IMG/VR virus record: IMGVR_UViG_3300043418_000120
Coordinates: 96,001-160,000 of that record
DNA length: 64,000 nt
Strand: one strand, 5' to 3'
Source of the DNA: a virus
Shown here: positions 53,108-61,903 of the stretch, piece after piece
Layout: each line of letters opens with the position of its first letter
Position numbering within the stretch: position 1 is the first letter of the stretch
Made by a program: the position numbers and the translations under genes
The notes under the pieces: model-generated
The model's database searches: none
Seen by the model: the letters and a program-made list of their open reading frames with translations, nothing else
What the model was told of the DNA's origin: nothing

Positions 53108-54364
53108 ATGGCAGATACAAACGGCAGTGCGAATACGTCGAAGCAAGCGAACTCGCCCCAAACAGCTGGGATTAAGAGAGAGAAACGTCTCGACTTCAGC
53201 AAATACAACATCGAGAACCTTCATTACCCAATCGACCTGTTTAGCAGCCAGCCGAGCGCATCTGGACGCGCAAGTAGCAGTGAATCGTTCAACCAACAAT
53301 ACCTGAACTACGTGGTGTTTTACATCAACGTATCCGATCAGTCGCGTGTGTTTACTGAAGGTAAGGCTGAGATTGTTGGTGATGTGGATAAGTCCAGCCA
53401 GAACACCATCCAAGGTAAGCAAGCCTCTCTTGGTTCTGCTACAGGCGCAGCTGCTACAGGTGGCGCAGCGGTTGGTGCTGTAGTTGGTGCTGGTCAAGGT
53501 GTCGCTAACGGAGCTGGTGGTCTTGGTAAAGAAGGTGGCGCAGCGACATTCGTCAAAGGTACACTCGGTTCTTCTGCCGCTGGTGCGGTAAAGGGTGGTG
53601 CCGTTTCTGGTGCTGCTGTTGGTGCTGGTGGTAAGTCTCTTGAACTTGCTACTGGTGGTGACCTCAAGGCTACTAACAAAATCAAACGACTGAAGAGCGC
53701 GATTGCTATGCACGTACCAAACGAAGTGTCTGTTGGATATCGTGCTACTTATGGCGAAGAAGAACTTGGCGCTATCTTTGGTGCCGCTGGCGAAGCTGCT
53801 ACTAACAAGAACGTCAATGCCGCTACTGCTGGTGGACAAGGCGCCATCATGAAAGGTATGGAAGTAAACCCTGCTCGTGCTCTTCTGTCTGCTATGTACA
53901 AAGCTGCGCCAAACCCACGTAAGGAACAGTTGTTCAAGTCGATGGAGTTCCGTCGCTTCTCGTTCAACTATCAGTTCGCTCCTCGCTCTCCTCGTGAAGC
54001 GCAAAACGTCAAGCGCATCATTAACACTTTCAAATTCCACATGCATCCTGAGTTTCAGAACAACGTAAACAAGATGCTGTATTTATTCCCATCAGAATTC
54101 GATATCGTTTACTACTTCGGCGACAAAGAACATCCTCACTTGAACCGTATCTCAACTTGTGTGTTGACCGACCTTCAAGTAAACTATGCACCTAACGGAC
54201 AGTTGGCTACATTCGCTGACGGTTTCCCTACTCAGATTAACGTGCAAATGTCATTCCTTGAAATGGAAACAATGTCCAAAGAACGTTTCTTGGGAGAATC
54301 GCCAGATGGTTCTGTGTCGTTCAAGAACCAAGATTACAACGATCCTAACCTACCAGCGTTCTAA
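53108..54364 (+). CDS. gp48: Baseplate tail-tube cap gp48
   Basis: NPRKEQLFKSMEFRRFSFNYQFAPRSPREA, CVLTDLQVNYAPNG. Confidence 0.88.
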   Translation: MADTNGSANTSKQANSPQTAGIKREKRLDFSKYNIENLHYPIDLFSSQPSASGRASSSESFNQQYLNYVVFYINVSDQSRVFTEGKAEIVGDVDKSSQNTIQGKQASLGSATGAAATGGAAVGAVVGAGQGVANGAGGLGKEGGAATFVKGTLGSSAAGAVKGGAVSGAAVGAGGKSLELATGGDLKATNKIKRLKSAIAMHVPNEVSVGYRATYGEEELGAIFGAAGEAATNKNVNAATAGGQGAIMKGMEVNPARALLSAMYKAAPNPRKEQLFKSMEFRRFSFNYQFAPRSPREAQNVKRIINTFKFHMHPEFQNNVNKMLYLFPSEFDIVYYFGDKEHPHLNRISTCVLTDLQVNYAPNGQLATFADGFPTQINVQMSFLEMETMSKERFLGESPDGSVSFKNQDYNDPNLPAF

Positions 54365-54366
54365 TC

Positions 54367-54885
54367 ATGTCATACTTCACAAACCTACCAAAGACTGTTA
54401 TCGACTTCTCCAAATACGGAGAAGAGCCAAGACTATACTTGGTTACAGACATCATCACCAACGTTCGTGTCAAGATGGAACTGTTAAAGAACATCGTGTA
54501 CTATGAAGAGTACGATATTCGCGACGGTGATACACCAGAAATTATTTCTGAGCTGTTCTATAACACGCCACAATATCACTGGATTGTTATGCTCATCAAT
54601 GAGCGTTTCGATTACATCAACGATTTCCCAATGGCGCAGTCTGCTCTTGAATCTTACATTCAAGCCAAGTACGGCGACAACCTTTACGATATCCACCACT
54701 ACGAAACTGTCGATGGATATGTTGTCAACTCAGACTACGTAAACCCACAGGGTCAAGCCGATGCTACACCAATGACTAACTATGATTACGAAGTCGCTGT
54801 TAATGAATCAAAGCGCAGCATCAAAATGATTCCACCAAATATCCTTGGCGAAGTGCTAAGCCAATTCAGAGAGATTCTTAAGTGA
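54367..54885 (+). CDS. gp53: Baseplate wedge gp53 (LysM-like)
   Basis: GDTPEIIS...YHWIVMLIN, IHHYE, NESKRSI. Confidence 0.9.
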   Translation: MSYFTNLPKTVIDFSKYGEEPRLYLVTDIITNVRVKMELLKNIVYYEEYDIRDGDTPEIISELFYNTPQYHWIVMLINERFDYINDFPMAQSALESYIQAKYGDNLYDIHHYETVDGYVVNSDYVNPQGQADATPMTNYDYEVAVNESKRSIKMIPPNILGEVLSQFREILK

Positions 54886-56180
54886 CTACAACAGCCGATC
54901 AAGCAATTAAGTTTGCTGGTGATTACCAACTCATTGACGTGAAGTTGGGTTCAGCCAGAGGACTAATCTTCGACGTCTTTAACTTTGTTACTGACATCGC
55001 TATCTACGAGAACATCTTTTCGCCAACCATGTCTGGTTACATCGAACTTAACGATGCGCAAGACTTGGTGAATTTGATGCCAATGATCGGCGAGGAGAAA
55101 TTGTTGATCACTTTCAAGTCACCATCTATGACTGACTCTGACGGTTTGTTCGAGCAAGCGTTCTACGTTTACAAGATGACCGACCGCGAGTACACTGCCG
55201 AGCGCGCAGTTTCTTACAAGCTACACTTCGTTTCCTTCGAAACTATCCGAGACTTGAACTCTAAATTGAGCAAAGGTTTCTCTGGCACAATCAGTGATGT
55301 TGTTGCTAAGATTCTGCAGAATGACCTGAAGACAGAGAAGCCAGTGAACGTAGAGTCGACAAAGAACACAACAATGTATGTGTCCAACTACTGGTCGCCA
55401 TTCACCAACGTGAACTACTTGGCCAAGCGTTCAATCTCAAACGTAAACGACTCAGCTAACTACGTGTTCTTCGAGAACAACCGTGGGTTCAACTATACAT
55501 CAATCGATGGCTTGCTTGAGAAGACAGCTGTGTCTCGTTACATCTATGACAATAACACACGTAAGCCATCCTCTGGTGGCGGCGGTGCTGGTCGTACTAT
55601 TGCCAAAGACCTAGAGCGCATTAACACCTACAGAATCGACACTGCTTATGATTACATCAAACGCATTCAATCTGGTATGTACGCTTCTCGTTTGATTACT
55701 CATGAGCTTGTGACCAAGACTTACAATGTACAGACTATGTTGTACCAAGATGAGTTCAAGAAACATAACCACTTGAACCCACACCCAATGTCAACTCTTG
55801 GCTTACCTGCTAAGACATTCGCCACACTTGATGTGCAACCAAGAGCTCTTGAAACATACAACAACTTCAAGACCGATGGTATGAAGAACTGGCGCTTGAA
55901 GAACGCAATGCAAATGAGTGAGATTAGCGCATACGCAATGGACATTACTGTTCCTGGACGTACTGATATTTGTGTTGGCGACGTTGTTGAAGTGTTCATC
56001 TATCGTCCAACACCAATCAGTCAGAAAGACCAAGAAGAAGATATCATCGACAAGACATTCTCAGGTCGCTACTTGATCACTGCTCTTTGCCATAGTCTAA
56101 ATAGAGAAAAGCATGAGATGCATATGACACTCGTAAAAGATTCACTGATTATCGATCTAGCAAAAGAAGGCACCAAATAA
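54882..56180 (+). CDS. Baseplate hub protein (gp27-like)
   Basis: IYENIFSPTMSG, GEEKL, VPGR...VGD, SGRYLITALCH; directly before gp5. Confidence 0.65.
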   Translation: MTTTADQAIKFAGDYQLIDVKLGSARGLIFDVFNFVTDIAIYENIFSPTMSGYIELNDAQDLVNLMPMIGEEKLLITFKSPSMTDSDGLFEQAFYVYKMTDREYTAERAVSYKLHFVSFETIRDLNSKLSKGFSGTISDVVAKILQNDLKTEKPVNVESTKNTTMYVSNYWSPFTNVNYLAKRSISNVNDSANYVFFENNRGFNYTSIDGLLEKTAVSRYIYDNNTRKPSSGGGGAGRTIAKDLERINTYRIDTAYDYIKRIQSGMYASRLITHELVTKTYNVQTMLYQDEFKKHNHLNPHPMSTLGLPAKTFATLDVQPRALETYNNFKTDGMKNWRLKNAMQMSEISAYAMDITVPGRTDICVGDVVEVFIYRPTPISQKDQEEDIIDKTFSGRYLITALCHSLNREKHEMHMTLVKDSLIIDLAKEGTK

Positions 56181-59093
56181 ATGAACGGAATTTTCTATAC
56201 GGGTGTAGTTGAGAACCGTGGCGACCCAATGCGCTTGGGTCGTTGTCAAGTACGTATCGTTGGCCTGCACTCAGAAAACAAAACAGAACTACCAACGGAT
56301 ATGCTACCATGGGCATATCCAATGCAGCCAGTCACATCTGCTGCTATGAACGGTATCGGCTACAGCCCTGTTGGTCCAGTTGAAGGGACATGGGTTGTAA
56401 TCTTCTTCCGCGATGAAGAATGCCAACAACCAATTATGATTGGTACGTTCGGTGGTATCCCACAAGCTAAAGGTATTGACTCAAACTACGTCAATGATGG
56501 CAGTGATTATCTGATTAAGACCGACGGTGGTCTTACTGAAGCTGCTCAAGCAACACCAACAGACAAGTCAGGAACAAACACAACAGCTCCTGTTCAAGAA
56601 GACGCAGCAACTGCCACTGAGCAGCATCTTGGCCCACTATCCGAAGAAGAATTCGAGAAGTACAAGATTAACATGGCTAGACTTGAGACTACATCGGAGC
56701 CAGGAGGCGTCTTAGAATTTAGTATTAAGGGTGTCGTTGGTGGCCAGAACTATGGTGTTGTGAACGCTGAAGGTAACGTTGGTAAGTATCAACTAAATGG
56801 TATCGCGCTAAACAGCACTGGTTATGTGTCGAACGTTCTTAACGCTAATGGCGAATCAACAGCGCCATCAAACTACAAACTAGCTGACGATGCCGTATGG
56901 CTAGGAAAGAACGGAGTTAACTCTGTTACCTTGTTCTTGACAACAGCTGAATCGCAAGAACAAGCAATGTACGATTACACATTGTTCAACTACATGGCGC
57001 TGATGCGTCTTGGTGTAATTGATAGTGGCACTGATCACAAAACAATCCTTGGCTATCTTGCTGCTTCGCATCCTGATGGTCCAAACCGTGCGTTGGCTCT
57101 GAAACAAGGTCGCGATATTCAAGACGGTTACGGCAATACAACAACTGACTTGTACAAAGTAGGTTACTCTGCGATTGACGGCGATCAACCTAAGACACTA
57201 CCACAAAACGTTCCACCTGGAGTTGATAACTCAACAGTTCCTCTTGGTGAGAAACGCCCAGATGGTTCGATTAGCGATGGCACAAAACAAGATGGTGGTA
57301 TCGTGTTTGGTTTCTCAGATCCAAACAAGAAATATCCACTGGCTCAGTTTATGAATGAACCAGACACCAACCGTCTTGCTCGCAACGAACAGATCGAGAA
57401 GACATCGGTTGGTTTGAAAGACGCGACTCGTGCTCAGAAGATTCCAGTTGCTGTAACAGGCGCTACTTGGAACCAGCCAGAATCTCCATACAACACACAG
57501 TATCCATTCAACCACGTTTACCAATCAGAGTCTGGTCACTTACAAGAATTTGACGACACGCCAGAGAATGAGCGTGTGCACTTGTATCACACCAAAGGCA
57601 CGTTCATTGAGATGGACGCCAACGGCACACAGGTTAACAAGATCGTTGGCGATGGGTATCAGATTATCGACAGAAACGGTTACGTCTATGTCAAAGGCGC
57701 TCTAAGCCTGACGGTTGATGGTGAGACGAATGTCTTGATGCGCTCTAACGCGAACATCGAAGTTATCGGCGATGCAAAGGTTTACGTTCGAAACAATGTA
57801 GATATGCGCGTATCTGGTAAGATGGATCTATCTGTTCTTGAGGATTTGAATATTGAGTGTAAGAATCTACACATCAATACCCGCGAGAATGGTTACATCA
57901 ACTCCAATCAAAACTTGTATGTTACAACAATTGCAGATATGCACCACTACTCGAAAGCGAGTATGTTCCATACTGCTGATGGCAACATCGCAACATATGC
58001 GAAGGCTAACTTGTTCTTACGCAGCGACTTCTCTACCAACGTATTGTCGAAGTCTAACCTAAACTTGACATCCGATGGTGGTGTTATGAGTTTGTTCGGT
58101 AATGGTAACATCAACGTTCAAACAACTGCGACCTTAAACATGCGTGGGTCACAAGTCGCTCAACGTTCTAGTGGTCGTTTTGATGTAATTAGTACTGGTG
58201 GTACACTAACGCTGACTGGTGGACCATCGCTTGCTATGCAAGGCGCAGGTGGCACACCACCACCAAGTAACGTTGTTAATGCTGAAGCTGCCGAGGCTGC
58301 GACACCGCAAGATGCGGTCGATCTTGAGGATCCACCAGAACGTCTAACACCCATCAACTCGTTCTTCCCACACTTGACAACACCACCTCGCCTAATCTCT
58401 GGTGGCTCTCAGTTTGAATCACCAGACGAAGGCGATCCTTCGAAGTTCAACCAAGCACGTGCGGAGCAAGGCGTGGAAACAAGTAAACAATCACAACCAG
58501 TGGACGTTGCTCTACCAGCAATCAAACCACCACCAGCTGGAACAGCTATCTCTTGTGAAGCATTCAAGAGCATGACCGAGTTCCCACTGTCGACTAAATT
58601 ATCAGCGAACTTCTATCTTGGCGACTTTATCCCAGGTGGTGGTTCAGGTTATATTTGCGTTGCGTCTTCGCCACACAAGTTGATGGATCAAGCTGGCTTG
58701 ACAAAGGCTCAGATTGTATGTAACTTGAAGAACTTGGCAGAGAACGTTCTAGAGAAATTGATTACGATTGTACCAAAATCAGAAATCATTATCACTTCTG
58801 GCTATCGTCAGAAGGGTTTGGTTGGTGTAGAAAGCCCAACGTCTCAACATCCTTTGGGTATGGCATGTGACGTTGTGTTGAAGAAAACGCCACGCGATCG
58901 TAAGAAACACTTCGACTTGATCCAACAGATTGCTTCTGCAGTTCCACATGATCAATTGATTCTGGAATACGAAGGCGCAGCTACAGTATGGATCCACATG
59001 TCGTTCAATGCTTCAGCAAGTAAGCAACGCAACATGAACTTTACAATGAACAACCACAGAAAGGTCGCCGACGGTTATCAATTGTTGGTGTAA
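56181..59093 (+). CDS. gp5: Baseplate hub/spike gp5 with lysozyme-like insert and C-terminal M15 peptidase
   Basis: GVVENRGDPMRLGRCQVR OB fold; YPFNHV..SESGH..EFDDTP; beta-helix; ITSGYR, SQH...D, WIH. Confidence 0.9.
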   Translation: MNGIFYTGVVENRGDPMRLGRCQVRIVGLHSENKTELPTDMLPWAYPMQPVTSAAMNGIGYSPVGPVEGTWVVIFFRDEECQQPIMIGTFGGIPQAKGIDSNYVNDGSDYLIKTDGGLTEAAQATPTDKSGTNTTAPVQEDAATATEQHLGPLSEEEFEKYKINMARLETTSEPGGVLEFSIKGVVGGQNYGVVNAEGNVGKYQLNGIALNSTGYVSNVLNANGESTAPSNYKLADDAVWLGKNGVNSVTLFLTTAESQEQAMYDYTLFNYMALMRLGVIDSGTDHKTILGYLAASHPDGPNRALALKQGRDIQDGYGNTTTDLYKVGYSAIDGDQPKTLPQNVPPGVDNSTVPLGEKRPDGSISDGTKQDGGIVFGFSDPNKKYPLAQFMNEPDTNRLARNEQIEKTSVGLKDATRAQKIPVAVTGATWNQPESPYNTQYPFNHVYQSESGHLQEFDDTPENERVHLYHTKGTFIEMDANGTQVNKIVGDGYQIIDRNGYVYVKGALSLTVDGETNVLMRSNANIEVIGDAKVYVRNNVDMRVSGKMDLSVLEDLNIECKNLHINTRENGYINSNQNLYVTTIADMHHYSKASMFHTADGNIATYAKANLFLRSDFSTNVLSKSNLNLTSDGGVMSLFGNGNINVQTTATLNMRGSQVAQRSSGRFDVISTGGTLTLTGGPSLAMQGAGGTPPPSNVVNAEAAEAATPQDAVDLEDPPERLTPINSFFPHLTTPPRLISGGSQFESPDEGDPSKFNQARAEQGVETSKQSQPVDVALPAIKPPPAGTAISCEAFKSMTEFPLSTKLSANFYLGDFIPGGGSGYICVASSPHKLMDQAGLTKAQIVCNLKNLAENVLEKLITIVPKSEIIITSGYRQKGLVGVESPTSQHPLGMACDVVLKKTPRDRKKHFDLIQQIASAVPHDQLILEYEGAATVWIHMSFNASASKQRNMNFTMNNHRKVADGYQLLV

Positions 59094-59096
59094 AAT

Positions 59097-59369
59097 ATGG
59101 CAGCAATCGCATTAACAGCAGGCATTAGTACAGCGGGTGGCGGTGCGTTATTCGCATCACCAAATACTGACGTCACCATCGGTGGGTATCCGATCGCAGT
59201 TGTTGGGACAAAGGTCGCCAGTCATGGCACTGCGCCGCACACCACATCTACATGCACTCAAGGCAGTTCTACTGTAACAATTGGCGGGCGTGGTATTGTT
59301 CGAGCGGGCGACCTAACAACATGTGGACATCCAGTTGTTGGTGGATCGTCAGATGTGTCAATTCCATAA
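59097..59369 (+). CDS. PAAR spike-tip protein (gp5.4-like)
   Basis: GSSTVTIGG..IVRAGDLTTCGH. Confidence 0.85.
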   Translation: MAAIALTAGISTAGGGALFASPNTDVTIGGYPIAVVGTKVASHGTAPHTTSTCTQGSSTVTIGGRGIVRAGDLTTCGHPVVGGSSDVSIP

Positions 59370-59710
59370 TGCCAGTAGAGTCTCTAAGTAAACTAAAGCT
59401 AGAAAAGATCCAGCGTTACACCACACGTGATTTGTTCGACTTGGTCTTCACAGACTACAAGGACTATCCTAGCGAACTGGCAAAGATCCCCAACTTGGAA
59501 ACATATGCCAAGCGACAGATTGCTCAGATTATCAATGCGATCGGTCTCCAACCAGTGTCGACTCTACAAGAATTCTTCTTGGTTGTGAACGAAGTAGCTC
59601 AGGAAATAACTACAACTGGTGGCGTCACAACAGAACAAATCAACACATTCATCGACTCGGCAGGTACAGCTGCGGCTGATACTGGTGTTAGTTTTGGTGG
59701 CGGTGGATAA
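59369..59710 (+). CDS. Hypothetical protein
   Basis: Coupled ATG, MPVESLSKL... Confidence 0.6.
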   Translation: MPVESLSKLKLEKIQRYTTRDLFDLVFTDYKDYPSELAKIPNLETYAKRQIAQIINAIGLQPVSTLQEFFLVVNEVAQEITTTGGVTTEQINTFIDSAGTAAADTGVSFGGGG

Positions 59711-59727
59711 ACCGAATAAATAAAGAT

Positions 59728-60129
59728 ATGGCTACAATTACAAGAACAACCCAAATTTTTAGAGACCTCGATCTCGCATTCGCAGCTCACCCAAACACTA
59801 AAGACGTGGTGAGAAAACGTGATGGCGACGCAATCAAACAGTCTGTCCGCAACCTAATCCTAACAAATTACTTTGAGCGTCCATTCCATAGCGAGATTGG
59901 CTCTCCAGTAAGATCGTTGCTATTTGAACTAGCAACCCCAATGACAATCCACAGCATGAAGCGTGGTATCATTGACGTTATCGAAAACTTTGAGCCGAGA
60001 GTTAGACTAGATGATGTGATTATTATCATGAATGAGGATGACAATTCTTGTAATATCACAATTCAATACACAGTTATTGGCTTACAAACAACCCAACAAC
60101 TAGACATCACTCTAGAGAGAACAAGATAA
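59728..60129 (+). CDS. gp25: Baseplate wedge gp25
   Basis: AIKQSVRNLILTNYFERPF, FEPRV. Confidence 0.92.
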   Translation: MATITRTTQIFRDLDLAFAAHPNTKDVVRKRDGDAIKQSVRNLILTNYFERPFHSEIGSPVRSLLFELATPMTIHSMKRGIIDVIENFEPRVRLDDVIIIMNEDDNSCNITIQYTVIGLQTTQQLDITLERTR

Positions 60130-60130
60130 A

Positions 60131-61903
60131 ATGGCTGATTCAAGTAAACTACGCGTAACCGAACTAGACTTCGACCAGATCAAAAGCAACCTGAAGACAT
60201 ACCTTCAGTCGCAAGCTGAATTCACTGACTACGACTTCGAAGGTTCAGCCCTTGCTGTTCTTCTAGATACACTGTCATACAACACCCACTACAACGCTAT
60301 CTACGCAAACCTAGTGGCGAACGAAATGTTCCTGGACAGCGCAAGCAAGCGCTCTTCAGTTGTGTCATTGGCTAAACACTTCGGCTATACTTCTCGCTCA
60401 ACGATTTCTCCAAGAGCCAAAGTCAATCTGACAGTTACAACTACTGGCGCACCACAATCGTTGATGCTGCCAAAGTACACTACATTCACAACATCAATCG
60501 ATGGCGTTGACTACACATTCTATAACCTAGCCAACATCACAACAATTCCTTCCTCAACAAACGTATTCAACTTCACTGATGTTGAGATTGTTGAGGGTAC
60601 ACCGCTGGTGTATTCTTACACAGTTCAGGCTGGGCAATCTAAGTTCATGATCCCTAACGCGAACGTGGATACTTCAACACTGACAGTTGAAGTTCAGAAC
60701 AGTGGTACTGATGCTACTCGTACGACATTCAAGTTGGCTGGCGCTGGCGACTTCACGACTGTATCTGGAACCGATCCAGTATATTTCCTTGAAGAAACAC
60801 GCGATGGTTTCTATCAGCTAGTCTTCGGCGATGGTAACATTGGTAAGAAGGTTATCGATGGTAACATCGTACAGATTACATATCTGATGAGCCATGGTAC
60901 TGCTGCTAACAATGCAACGACATTTACTCTTGGCGCTATCTCTACATTTACAGTAACGAACTTCTCTATGACATTGGCAGAGAAGGCGAACGGTGGACGT
61001 GATCAAGAATCGGTAGACTCAATTCGTTACAACGCTTCTAAGTTCTTTGTGACTCAGAACCGTGCCGTGACTGCTGAAGACTACAAGAACATCATCGTTA
61101 AAGAGAACCCAGACATTGATGCGGTAAGTGCATGGGGTGGCGACACAGCTACACCACCAGTATATGGTAAGGTGTTTATCTGCGCGAAACCAAAGAACGG
61201 CGTCGTTCTAACTGATGATGCGAAGAATAAATTGACAACAATTCTTGGTCGCAAGAACGTTGTTGGTATCACACCAGAGTTTGTTGATCCTGAGTACCTG
61301 TACTTGATGATCGCAGCTAACTTCTATTTCGACCCATCGAAAACAAACACACAGAAGTCGACTCTTGAGGCAAACGTGCTGGCAACAATCCAGCAGTTCA
61401 AGGAGACTGAACTAAACAACTTCGATTCTATCTTCCGTAAGAGTCGCCTGTCCCGTCAGATTGATTATACAGACAAATCAATCCTAAACAACAACTTGAT
61501 TGTTTCGATGTACAAGTTTTTGAATGTTAACTCAGAATCTAATCTGAACTACACAATCAACTTCATGAACCCAATCGAGCGCATTCGAAGCACAGAGTTC
61601 CGTCTATCAAACGACTCAACTGTGTACTATCTTGATGATGATGGTGATGGTAATATCCGTCGCTTCCACATCAACCATACACAGAAGGTCATCGACTCAC
61701 CAGCTTTTGGTGTTGTAGATTACTCGTCTGGTAGAATTCTGTTGCCATCAGTTGCCTTCTCTATGCTGACAAACAATTGTAAGATTATTGCTGACCCAGT
61801 AACACCTGACGTTATTGCGGTACAGAACCAAATTATCACGCTGGTCGATGCAGACACAAGCGTAACAGGAATTGTAGATACAAGAAAACCATTGGTAAAA
61901 TAA
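60131..61903 (+). CDS. gp6: Baseplate wedge gp6
   Basis: LDFDQIK, DYDFEGS, FGDG, QNRAVTAEDY, YGKVFI. Confidence 0.93.
   Translation: MADSSKLRVTELDFDQIKSNLKTYLQSQAEFTDYDFEGSALAVLLDTLSYNTHYNAIYANLVANEMFLDSASKRSSVVSLAKHFGYTSRSTISPRAKVNLTVTTTGAPQSLMLPKYTTFTTSIDGVDYTFYNLANITTIPSSTNVFNFTDVEIVEGTPLVYSYTVQAGQSKFMIPNANVDTSTLTVEVQNSGTDATRTTFKLAGAGDFTTVSGTDPVYFLEETRDGFYQLVFGDGNIGKKVIDGNIVQITYLMSHGTAANNATTFTLGAISTFTVTNFSMTLAEKANGGRDQESVDSIRYNASKFFVTQNRAVTAEDYKNIIVKENPDIDAVSAWGGDTATPPVYGKVFICAKPKNGVVLTDDAKNKLTTILGRKNVVGITPEFVDPEYLYLMIAANFYFDPSKTNTQKSTLEANVLATIQQFKETELNNFDSIFRKSRLSRQIDYTDKSILNNNLIVSMYKFLNVNSESNLNYTINFMNPIERIRSTEFRLSNDSTVYYLDDDGDGNIRRFHINHTQKVIDSPAFGVVDYSSGRILLPSVAFSMLTNNCKIIADPVTPDVIAVQNQIITLVDADTSVTGIVDTRKPLVK

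Noticed and set aside
53093-54046. 317-aa minus-strand ORF
   Set aside because: Antisense shadow of gp48; no motifs; explained by codon bias
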